Assembly (NCBI GenBank): GCA_973895155.1
Contig: OZ316891.1
Span: forward strand, 24,923,899-24,987,898
DNA length: 64,000 nt
Origin: Marsupella aquatica
Taxonomy: Eukaryota > Plantae > Marchantiophyta
Direction of reading: 5' to 3'
Shown here: positions 53,025 to 64,000 of the stretch, piece after piece
Layout: every line of letters starts with the position of its first letter
How positions within the stretch are numbered: position 1 is the stretch's first letter
Notes under the pieces: generated by a model
What the model was told of the DNA's origin: nothing
Seen by the model: the letters and a program-made list of their open reading frames with translations, nothing else
The model's database searches: none
Program-made: the position numbers and the translations under genes

Positions 53025-54033
53025 TGGTATTCATAGTGAATAATCCGTTTGTCAGAGCTATTAGAATACGACAGAATCACTACCGGTCGAAAGCACATCT
53101 GACACAATAAATGTTTTTTGTCGTTATGTCAACGACATTTACACTAATGAGCCTAAGATGTCTGTTTACAAAGACCATAATCACGTTTATTAAATCATCT
53201 TAATTGAGTAGCGTCGGGCGCTACTCAAACATCCTCACTCCAACATGGACCCAAAACGGTTCAATATATGTTTAGCGCCAGGCGCTACCCTAAACCCACA
53301 CCCTAAATTGTGGTATAAAACTGGAATATTTTATCCGGGGTTTCAGAATAAATCCTAATGTTTGTAGCTATTTTCCAAATATTATCTAAAATTTTACCAA
53401 AATGTTCCCATTTAATATTAGCGCCGGGCGCTAATCTGAAACGGTAATCATGACATTCATTTAAGGCAAAATATTCAAAATTGTATTCATTTTGTTTTTT
53501 ATTTTATACTTCAGGGTCAATGTTGGCCTAACTTAGGGTCAATTTAGGGTTTAAATATTGATCATTTTGGGTAGCGCCTGCCCATTGATCAATATCAGAT
53601 TTGACCTAGGAATATAGATTAAAATAACCGAACTCTTCTTTAACGGTCATATTCAACGGTTACGTTAGGTCGCATAACGTTGAAGATATGCCAACGGTAT
53701 TCTAAACCACTAATCCAGAATTGACAAGTGGCGCTCTAGAGAATGTCGTAAATAGATATCAATGTAGCGAGTGGATAGTTTAGAGATGATACTCTCCCCA
53801 CCTCCCTTGTCCGCTGTATTTAGGCTCCGTTTTGGAGGTTCTTCCTGCAAGAATTCTCTAGAAGAAGTACGGTACGAACGAGGTACTCATAACGATCGTG
53901 AAGCACTTCGTGTGTGCAAAACATCGACCCTCTCCCCACCACCTCGCATGGGTATAGTGCTAACGGGCAGAGAGAGTAGATCCATTCCCAGACATCCAAG
54001 TGCTCATTTTCTGGATCTGTTTACAATCGTCGT

Positions 54034-57000
54034 GTGACACGGTCTACAACATCCCAAGATCCTGAAACAGTCGCAGTAGTCACATTTCCGAAGAGCCGGA
54101 GAGCGAAGATGGACGATCTCGACACATATGCTGTGGAAGATCGAGGAGAACTGTCACTGACGATGTCCGACGTTATCTCCAAGCACGTTATGGTGTTTGG
54201 CAAGGATTTTTGGGGGCACGACAAAGACCCCCCAAGGATTCCAATGTGCCGCTTGGTTCACATGGAAGTTGTCCGCACCTTACAGAAGGGAAGTCCTTCA
54301 ATTGAAAAGTTGAAGGACTCTTTTTGTAGCACAGGATACAACTCAAAAATCGGAATGTTGTTCTATGTCCAGCCGGCAGATTCAAATGGGAATGTCCAGA
54401 CGTGTACTCCAGAAATTCGAGCGACCTGGGACCCTGTGTGGGTGGCCGAGAACGAGAAGTTTGAAGCTAAATGTGCGGCCGATCCAGACTTCATGGTGTT
54501 ACAAGATAAGATGTTTTACGTTTTTGATGGTAACCATCGACTTTATGCATGGTCGATCGTTACAAAAGAAAATTTGGAAGATAGCAAGTATCACCCGCGT
54601 GTGCAATGTACTATCTTCAAGGGTGAAAAGGGATCTTTGATTGAAATTGAGGCGGCTATGCATACTGTGAACCAGTAAGTCTCTCTTTGAATTTCACCTA
54701 TCTTTATCTTTTATAGTGTAGTTTTTACTAGCGCCTGGCGCTATTGATTGACAAATTCTTCTGTAGACTTGGACAGGCCGTGGTGGAACCTTCTTGGATA
54801 CTTGATGCAGACCAAATTAAGAGGATTTTGTCCAATGATCTAGAATACTACAAATCAATCATCGATGGGGCAAACTTCAAGAAGTTTGGGCAGGTGATGC
54901 AGAAGACTCGAAAAGGATCGTGGTACTCCAAGAAAATGCCTCAAGAAGCACTTTTGTATATCTTATGCAAGAATAAGATTAAATCCTATTCTCGACAATT
55001 CAAGATGGACATGGAGTTGGCTATCGCTCAGGGAAATCCTTGGTCTCAGGAAGAGACATCCAAACAACATGCGGTCATGATGAAAGAAGCAACAAAGGAT
55101 TGGGCGATCAAGGTCTCAAAGATCACTCCCTTGTTGAGTCATGAGTTTGAAGACTTCATGACAACCTGTGCTGAGATGTATCCGATGACAGAGGTGAACA
55201 AACGCGAGAAGAAACCGGATGCGGTTGTCTGTACCATGGATCGTGCTAGGTTATTTACAGTAGTCTTCGCCCTTGACCCAAATTGAGGAGCACTTTGTTA
55301 GTAGCGCATTGCACGCCAGAGCTCAGGAAGCAGTTCTTTCATCCGCAAAGCGTTAGCGATGACCCTGTGAAGCAGTGGTACCACACTTGGCAAACTTGGA
55401 ATAGCGTGGAGGGTATTGCCATTGGTATGCTGCAGACTGCCCTCTAGCAAATCAGTGAAATAATTCCTTCCAATCGATTGGAGGAATGGAAGTGTGAGTC
55501 TTATGATTCACTTGTTGAAATAGTGTGCAATGATTTCAAAAAATTTGGGGATGCAGTGAAAGGTAAGTTTTTCAATACGATGTGGATGTCCAAGTACCCG
55601 AACAAGGAAGACTACACACTCAAGAATCAAAACCGCGCGAAACGATATGTCTATCGTTTCTTCATGCACATGGAGATTGTGAAGCCTGACTATTTTTGGG
55701 CTTACCTAGCTGCTTTCCAGAATTGGGTCATCTACGCAGATGGAGACAATCTGGCCAAACTGTATTCGATGTATCCCGCTGAGGGTATACTTCCACCAAG
55801 GAAATTGTCCGAGTGGGAGAGAATTCACTGCCCTTGGTACCTTGACACCGACAGATGAGATTCTCCTTTTGACGACACTGAGAAGGATGTTTTCCATAAA
55901 CTGTCTAAATCCCAAGTTCCGAGACAATTTGTCTCCGACATGAAGCAAAGAATTGAGGGGGACGTCAACTCGTCGACGACTGAGTTGCAAAAAAAATGCG
56001 AAACCACAGTGGTTCATGTTGATCGAAGCCAAAAACCAAGAGCCAAAGCCAAGGCGGATGCCCCTGTGGCAAGTGCTAGTGCCAAGTCTGGGAAAAAACG
56101 TAAGCTACACCTCCTTCTTCCGACTTCCTTCTTTGTTAGCGCCTGGCGCTATCATGTGTCGTAAGTTTAATGTGTCTTATTTCCCAAAATTAATGTGGGT
56201 GTTTAGTCAGCGCCTGGCGCTAACACTCTTTCTGTGATTGACACTATTTTTTGGTAGGTGGTCAAAAATCTGATGCCGCCACGGATGACACAAAAGTCGA
56301 TGCAACACCAGAAGTCTCTGAGACCAACACTGGTGCCAATCCAGACCCCATCACCCCCGTTGAGAAGGGGAAGGTTATAGTTCCTGTGGATGCTACAAGC
56401 ACAAAGAAGAAGAAGAAGAAAGGGACCATCGATGCCTGGGAATTGTCGCGAGATAATGCTTCTGGGGCCGGTATCCAACGGGATGTTGGGACTTTCAAGA
56501 CTAAACTCGGAAGACACTGTATGGTCGAATCAAGCTTGGCAAAATTCATTGATAGTGCATTTAGTAAGGAAGAGAAGCCAGATTGGGTCTCAGACGCTGA
56601 GAAGTGGGGTAAGGATTTGATCAAATCGGGGTGTAGAGATAAAGGAATCATTCGAGGTGGGAAGGAACGATCATTTGGGGTGAATGCGGGTTTCATCTAT
56701 CTCCCAACTAGTTTGAAACCCACAATTGTTGACCGTCGGGTCCCGAAATGGAATGTCACAGATCACACAGCAGCCGAATCATTCTTTCGGGCGATGGACC
56801 CTTTCCTTTCCGATGACGGCATGCTCACTATCTTATACTTGGATGACCACAATCAGATTTCCCAGGTCATTTCTGCATGTTAGCAATCCAAGAAGTTCAT
56901 GTGCATCAATACGCACAATGTTTTCATGTCTGTCCCAATGTACAGATCCAAGACAGACGTCCAGGTAAATGTTCTCTCTGAGGAGAGCTATACTAGCGCC

Positions 57001-58078
57001 CGACGCTACTCTTTCTTTCTTAGTATGTCTTCTCTCATGAATAACAGATTTTTAAAATCCAGTTGGTTTGTCAACTTTTGCAGGTCTTCACTCTTAGACT
57101 GGATATATTTTGTTGGGTTTCTTTTAAAGGAAAGGTCCCAAAGGATCCAAGATTCAAGCCGTTATCTAGCGCTGAAGATCCTTCAATTTCAAACCTTATT
57201 GGGCTACAATCTTTGAAGGAAGATCATTGTCCTGAACTCCATTTTACTGGGAATTCCCGACTACCGGTTGGTTTTATGCAGACTGTCCTTGAACTCTTTA
57301 CGATACCTAAGGATATTGTAATTGATTGGACCGTCGGCTCAGGTAGTACGTTCATTGTTGGGGATTACTCAGGCCATTTTGTCATCGGGTTAGAAAATCG
57401 TCGGGAGTTTGTTGAGACCGCTTCGAGGATTTTTTTGGATCTCATTTCTCCCAAACCTTTGGAGACACAACCTCCCCCTCCTCAAATAACCGGACGAAAA
57501 AAGAAAGATAGACTTAGATCTGTCCTCAATTTTGATTTAGACGAAGATGATGGGACGCCAGAAGATGATGTTCCTGAGGATGTCAATGACGGCGAGAAAG
57601 AGGAAACCAGACATGATGGGTCAACGGAGGACAGCGAAGAGTCTTCCGAGTAATTTTTGTCTCTCGTAAGCTCCTTTATCCTTTCAATTGTTGGCTAACC
57701 ATCAATTCCATTGTTTCTATCTGTTAAGTACTTACTTCCTCTTTCTCTTTCGCTTCTCTTTTGAGCAGGTCAGAATGGAACCAAAGAAAACGGTTTCAAC
57801 TCCGGAGGAAAGTAGCTCAAAATGTAATCATCACTCCCGAGAAGTCGTTTGTGTTGCCATCATATGCTGAGAACGTTGCGAGGAAGGTAGAGAAATTTAG
57901 AACGCTCTGCTGGGAAACAAAAGGACTGAGGCTTCTTAGGGGAGTAGACAGGAAGTTCATGAGGAACCCCTATGTAGATGATGTTTCTAGAAGCAAGTAT
58001 ATTGATGATGAGGCAGAGTCGACCGACAGATCTCATAGCTCCCAGAATGAGAGCTCAGAATATGACACTGAAGGGTAG
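54034..58078 (+). pseudogene. ParB/Srx-like - helical - beta-class N4C/N6A methyltransferase-fold protein, copy B (spliced, internal stops)
   Basis: DPPRIPMCRL..YVFDGNHRLYAW; FLSDDGMLTI; LPVGFMQTVLELFTIPKDIVIDWTVGSGSTFIVGDYSGHFVIGLE (SAM-binding motif X/I). Introns ~54676-54767, 56100-56257 and 56965-57083. Confidence 0.8.
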
Positions 58079-58276
58079 CAATTTTCTCCTCTATCAGTTC
58101 AAACTTCTTCCCAACTGTACAAGTATGCCCTTGGTTTTTGTTAGCGTCGGGCGCTATTGAATTTATTAAATATGAATTGAGTTTGATGGAGGTTCCCCCT
58201 TCCATTCAATGGTTAATGTGGTCTTTAGTAACTTCCTTTGTGTGGGTTCCTCTCCTTGTTTAACTAGCGCCCGACA

Positions 58277-61187
58277 ATCCCCAAAAAACACGTTTGGAGC
58301 AAAAAGAACGAGGTCGGCGGCACCAAAGAAACCAGCCGAACAGCAGAGTAGGAGGCAGAGCAAAGCCAAGGAGGAGGAAAGCGACCCCATCAACGCCATT
58401 CCAACCAGGGATGACACCTGGAAGGGCTGGGCGGAAACTCTACCAATGGAGGTGCAACTACATTTTGCACGGGAGGAGGATGCATGCTTTACGGCCATGC
58501 AGACCAAGAAGTACCAAGGCTTCATGGCCGGATCCGGCTTGGAAGCCTTTGTAAGATTACCATGGCTGAAGCCGGAGGTGCCGAATTCAGACCTATTAGA
58601 ATTCGTGGGGTCATGGGAACCCGAGACCAATTGCACGAGGATATATGGGAAGGATTTCTATCTTACTCCCAAGGTGATTGCCGAAGTGTTTGGCTTGCCG
58701 ATAGGCAATAAGACCAAGGTTGATACCAGGAAGACCTTGCCTGACAAGGAGTTCCGGTCGTTCCCCGGACCATCAACGAAGAATGGCTTCTTCCGGAGCA
58801 CCTGTACCAACCCGCACATTGGAGAGATGATCGACTTCTTGCGGGTAACCATGCATTGTAACTTGCCGAGGGCAGAGATCGACAAGGCACAGGTCTATCT
58901 GGCAGAGAGACCAGACCCAAGCCGGGACTACAACGGGTACCTCCTCAACCAATTGAAGAAAATCTTGAAGGAGGAGCAGCAGGTAATCGGCATGGGGAGC
59001 GTATCGCGGCTTGGCTATCACATGCCGCTGTTGTGCGGGTATGCCAGAGGTCAGACCTTTGCCCCGGTACTTCCCCTACAGGCAAGGGCACCAGTTCCGG
59101 AACAGAGACAGGCAATGGAGAAACCCAAACCGCCCGACAGTCCTACAATCGACCAGGTGTTTAGACCAAGAACGGAGGACTTGCCGATGCAGCAACCAGG
59201 CATGCAGAGTCTGCTGAAGCTGCTGGAGAAAGAAAAGAGATCGGCATCGGCAACGACAACGGCAGCGGCAACAATGCAGGACACTGCCCCAGAGGTCAAC
59301 TTAAGCAGACTTAGAAGGGAAGACCCCTCTACCGGAGTCTCAAGCTCTGAATCTGAGGCAGAATTGCCGGAAGCTCCTACCAACGAAGAAGAGAGGGAGA
59401 AGCCGGAAGTAGAAGAAGTAGAGGAGGCAGTGGAGGACTGCGGCCATGATAACTCCGGCTATGGGTCGGACCATCACGTTCCAGGAGTAAGGACCTGTGG
59501 CCGGTTTATCCCCACACTTCCAAGGGTAGTACGAGGAGACCCCAACCAGCAGAGTAGCCCTGAGTCTCCTCCACTAGATGTTGCTCCCCCGAGCTTTGAC
59601 GGCATAAAACAGACGGCGCTGGAATTTCAGGAGCGAATCAGGCAGGAAGAGGAAGCAGCCCTGGCTAGGGAAAAGCATTTACCAGGAGGAGATTGGCCGG
59701 AGGACATTAGGCGGCTAGCCGAAAAAGGAAGCAAACCTCTAGCCACGATTGAAGAGACCCGCAAGATGGCTTGGGAGCAGAGGCCGCGATGGGCGATGCC
59801 GATCACTTCTACTTACTCCACCTACGCTAAGAATAGAGCCAGGGAGTATGGTGAGATGTGTGGGGAACTTGCGCTCGGCATCTTTGGGGAGGAATTGGAG
59901 GTAGGACCCTTTTTCCATAGGGAGCAGTTGGAGAAGCACCAATTGGAAGAAGCAGTGGCCTTGGAAAGAAGCAAGAAGGACGAGGTCATCCGTCGGCTTA
60001 GGGAAAGGGAAGCCAAAATCAAGGACCTGAGGGCGGCCAAGAAAGCCCAAGATGAGCTACGGATTAAACGGCATGAGCTAAATATCATGCAGGGGCAGTT
60101 GGACGCAGCGCAGGCTGCTGGTCAGATTATCAAGGATAAACTGACTCAGACCCAGAGAGATTTGGCCGACGCAATCAAGGACAGGGAGAAATGGAAGAAG
60201 GAGCTGAGAGATGGAGAGGAGGCCCATATAGCAGTCAACAACCGGGTCATGGCGGAGACCCAAAGAAAGGAATGGGCGTTGAAGGGCGAGCTCGAGAAAA
60301 GCCGCGGAGCCCTTGAGCAGAAGGAGGCCGAGTTAGAGAAATCCTATCAAGGGATTATTGCGCTGCAGCAGGAGCTTGCGTCCCTAACGGCCACCTTCAA
60401 AGCCAACCTAAGGGAGAAGGACGATATGCTCGATCAGACTTATGCCAAGATGAACCAGATGGAGTCTGTCATCATTGCAGAGCTCGACAAGGAGCTAAGA
60501 GCAACCCGGGAGGAGAGGGCTACCTTGAAGAAGGAATTGGAGGAAGCCCACAGGGAGCAGGAGGAGGCCAAAAATGAGCTAGAGGGGGCACGTAAGGACC
60601 TGGATGAGACCCAAGAGGAGTTGGAGGAAATCACGAGGAAGATGGAGAACCTACAGCGGCGGGCCGACAACCAAACAGAGTGGCTGAAGAAACAAGCCGC
60701 AGTATTTAAATGCTTAGCTGCAGCAGGTCCATCTCCCGTTGGGGCGAACCAGTTACCAGGGGTGGTAATTGCCAAAGGACAAGCCGCGCCACCTGCACCA
60801 GTGCCGGAAGTAAGTGGGAAGGGGAAGGGACCAGCTGCCGAGCCAGCGACGAAGAAAAAGCGGAAACCTTCAGGGTCAAGGAGTAATACGACTCCACGGG
60901 CCGAGGTGACCGAGGAGATAGACCCAGCACCGACCCCAGACAGGGTCACGGCTAAGGATCCAACTACCCTAGAAGAAGGGGAAGCCGAAGCCGTGGGAGT
61001 GGCTGAGGCCGAAGCCGTGGGTATTTCCGAGGCCGGTGTCGAGGCCGAAGCCGAAGGTGGACCCAGTCAGGCCGAGGGAGAGTTGACTCGGTCAAGGGCA
61101 GGTAATCTGTCAGTAGGCGGGCCAACGGCAGTGGCTGAGGAGGAAGTGTTGGGGGCGTCCATTGGGGATCCTCCACCGGTGTCGTGA
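58277..61187 (+). CDS. Retrotransposon-type extra ORF: plant-mobile-domain-like N-terminus plus long coiled coil
   Basis: LEAFVRLPW..LLEFV..LTPKVIAEVFGLP and a heptad-rich region of ~250 aa. Long open frame. Abrupt composition change at ~58277. Confidence 0.55.
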
Positions 61188-62228
61188 CGGTGCAAGGGCG
61201 CCGTTCCTTTTAGAAAGGGCGGACATGGAGGTAGGAGGCGTGAGTGGGCCGGGCGGGCGCTGATCTCCAAGTTTAGGATTAGGATCAGGACCAGGAGCGG
61301 CCCTGACACTTAGCTTAGTGGGATTGCGGTTCCACTGGTAGGAGCAACACTTGTGCTCCTGCCTTGCTGTACATAGGTAGATTCGGGCAAGTAGATTACT
61401 GTCAGGTAGATTAGGCTTACGCTGCAAAGAATTAGGCGGATCCACTACCAGGATAAGTACCTGGGCTGCGGGGAGCTCAGGGCCTCTTCTTTAGCAAGTT
61501 TTTAGTTTGCACCAGCCGGGCTGGGATCAAGTAGTAAGAGAAGCTCTCGGTTAGTCATACCGTGACCTTGTGTATATTCATGTTTCCTCATGCCTAAGAG
61601 CTTAATAGAGTTGGCCTCACGGCTTAGTTCGCAGAGCTTGTGTATGAGATGTACTGTTTGTATGGCAAGTGCATGGTATGACTCAGTCAGAAGGAGTCAT
61701 TTTACTATTTGTGTGTCGCATTAACTTGTGTGAAGAGTGCCCACATCAACTAATAGGGAAAGGAAAGTAAGCAAGGGAGTGAGAGTTGGATGTGTCGAGC
61801 TGAGAGAGGTCTTAGCGGCTTAACCAAGCCTATTGGGGATCATTCCGGCGGCGGAATCCAAACATACTTAACAAGAAGGAGAGGTAGACAAGGGAAGGCC
61901 TAGAGTAGGCCGGCTTCATATCTCATGACCCGATGAAGGATCTGTCCAGTATATGTGTGTAAAATGTTAATAGATGTAGAAGAGGTTAGTAGCGTCCCAT
62001 GCCGCTAAGCCGCGGAACGGCCCCGCCAAGCGCGAAACCTGCGGGAATCGGCTTGTGCTGGGGGGGTTTCTTGGGTTCAGGGAGCCATGGGACGCACCAC
62101 ACCTCTTTTGAAAGTAGGAGTCCAAAATGAAAATACCTACCACACTAATGGTGTATGAAATATTAATTAAGAAACAACATGAACAATCCATGATATAGAT
62201 TTTTGGTTTAAATATCCATAAGTGTCTC

Positions 62229-64000
62229 TCACACTTGGTCACCTTCAATGTCCTCTACATCTGACACAAAAATAGTGTCTGGCTTGTCTAAAACAATGGA
62301 ACGAGACCGTGGCACATATGTGATGACAAGTGACCACTCTGGGTCTAAGGGGTATGGAACGTAGAAACATTGCTCCAAGTGAGATGGGAAAGTACATGGC
62401 TCTGACGTTTGCCAATGAGATGCTTGAAAACTAGTGGCACTTGTCCTCAACCGTGTAAACCCACTCTCATCTTGGAGTACAGTGCGATTATTACCAACAA
62501 GGTTCACTTTGAACCACTTGCACTTGAAGACATACTCCTCAAACTTAGATTGGTTGTCATATGAGACCACCAAAATCTCCTCTATCTTCCCATAGTGTGG
62601 CACAACATCACGAACAATGTTCCTGTCATGTTGGCTACTCCGGGAGTCCTGACAAAACTGCCCTTGAACTCCACAATCAAAAGTACGAGCCCTCTTCTCA
62701 TCAAGGGAAGAAATCCTGAAATTAACAAGACCCATATATTGTTACTACTACACAAAAAACACTAATCATGTTATGAGGAACCTTTCATACCAAAAGAGAA
62801 AAACACACTTATCTTAAGTAAAATGATTACTATATCTTAAGTAGTAGTACATGAATATGGAAAACAAGGTTAGGAACTAGTGAAACCTGAAGTGTCTCCC
62901 TTGGGTCCACATGGCCGTCTTGGATGTTACCACTCTCAAAGGGCCATGAACAATGGTCCGAATGTCATTTGTCATAGTAGGAAACTGTGAGACATCTCCT
63001 TCTTGTGCCAAAATGCCATCCAACTCAACCAACTTTTCCTTCATAAACTCATGCAACTTAGGAAAAATCCTTGCCCTTTGACTCATTCTTTTGGCATTGT
63101 CATAAAACTCCCTCCATTCATCCATGACATTGCTATTACTCAACATGAATGTATTCAACTGTGTCCACTCTGTTGATGTAAGCATGCGTGTTTTTGTTGC
63201 TTCTGTTAAACGGTCCTCCTCCTCTTGCCTCTCCTCCATCCAAGTACGTGGTAAAGTCCGATCAATGGTGGCCAAGATGTTACTACAATAAAACATGCTC
63301 TTTGCAGCCAAGTATCCTGTAGCTATGCTTCCCTCCACTCGTGCACGGTTACGTACATAAGCCTTCAAGACTGACATGTAACGCTCAAGCCAGTACATCC
63401 ATCGACAATGAACTGGACCAGCAATGGCAACCTCCCTCACAAGATGCACAAGTAAATGAACCTGACAATCAAAGAAGGAAGGAGGGAGGGCCTTCTCCAA
63501 CTTGCAAACCACCTCAGCTGCCAATACCTCCATTCCAGGAATCTCTTCCACATATATCTCCTTTGAGCATATCCATCTCAACAAACGACCCAATGACCAA
63601 ATGGCATCTTGCACTTCTTTGGTCCCCAACCCTATAATTGCCACTGGCAATATATGCTGCAATAAGCGGTGATAGTCATGTGTCTTGAGATACCGTGGCC
63701 ATTTGTGATTGTCCTCCATCCCAAAAGCTTTCCTCAAATTGGCACCATAGCCTGTAGGAAACCGCATCTCCCCTATATGATTTCAGAATTCACGTCTTTG
63801 GCCAACACTAAGCACCCAAGGAGCATAAGGACGATGTTCCAAACCTGTGGCAGGATCAACTTGTACCCATACATCTGGATGCATTTCCAACTCTTCACAT
63901 GCCTCCCTGAAGTTAGTGTCCTTCTCCCCATAAAAATGAGCTATCAACGCCTTCCCCACATTTCTCTCTATGTGCATGGGGTCTAAAAGATGGCGGATCT
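62229..64000 (-). CDS. Second CACTA TnpD transposase, C-terminal exons (DUF4218, DUF4216); runs off the window
   Basis: DPMHIERNV, LKTHDYHRLLQHILP, GPVHCRWMYWLERYM, YGKIEEIL..FKCKWF..DESGF..QCFYVPYP. Confidence 0.92.

Larger units (their letters stand above)
38390..58276. mobile_element. Large Mutator-like element B (inverted relative of A), interrupted by a CACTA element and truncated on the right
   Basis: Homologous transposase and ParB/MTase-like genes in divergent orientation. TAGCGCCNGGCGCTA palindromes from 38394 to 58265; the last copy is cut mid-motif. Confidence 0.7.

Noticed and set aside
54034-57653. Bacterial or phage contamination (ParB + DNA methylase)
   Set aside because: The gene has spliceosomal GT-AG introns and is contiguous with plant TEs.
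58209-58276. Start of the 992-aa ORF as called by the track
   Set aside because: The first ~22 codons are element B sequence ending in a truncated palindrome; the open frame across the junction is probably fortuitous.

Overview
Eukaryotic, intron-containing land-plant DNA (bryophyte-like by inference). It is almost entirely nested transposable elements around one clear host gene, TMA7 (4 exons, 25552->23483). The main result is two diverged copies of an unusual large Mutator-like (MULE) element: A at ~0.8-19.3 kb and B at ~38.4-58.3 kb, in opposite orientation. Each has a GCM-like Zn domain/DDE/SWIM transposase transcribed divergently from a large spliced gene encoding a ParB/Srx-like domain (VFDGNHR), a helical region and a degenerate beta-class N4C/N6A DNA-methyltransferase fold. 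In A this gene appears to continue into a Ulp1 SUMO protease. Each copy is studded, mostly in introns and intergenic DNA, with its own element-specific palindrome: CTCGGCGA-N3-TCGCCGAG in A and TAGCGCC-N-GGCGCTA in B. This suggests a parS-like or VANC-like self-recognition system (inference). A also carries two F-box-like ORFs and an AT-hook ORF. B is split by a complete 10.5-kb CACTA-superfamily element with CACAACTA termini and a TAA TSD, which carries a SET-domain ORF. Other content: a Bianca-type Copia fragment, RING and RPA-like cargo ORFs, retroelement-type extra ORFs and a second CACTA transposase. Most TE ORFs are decayed. Domain calls come from motif recognition by eye, not from database searches.
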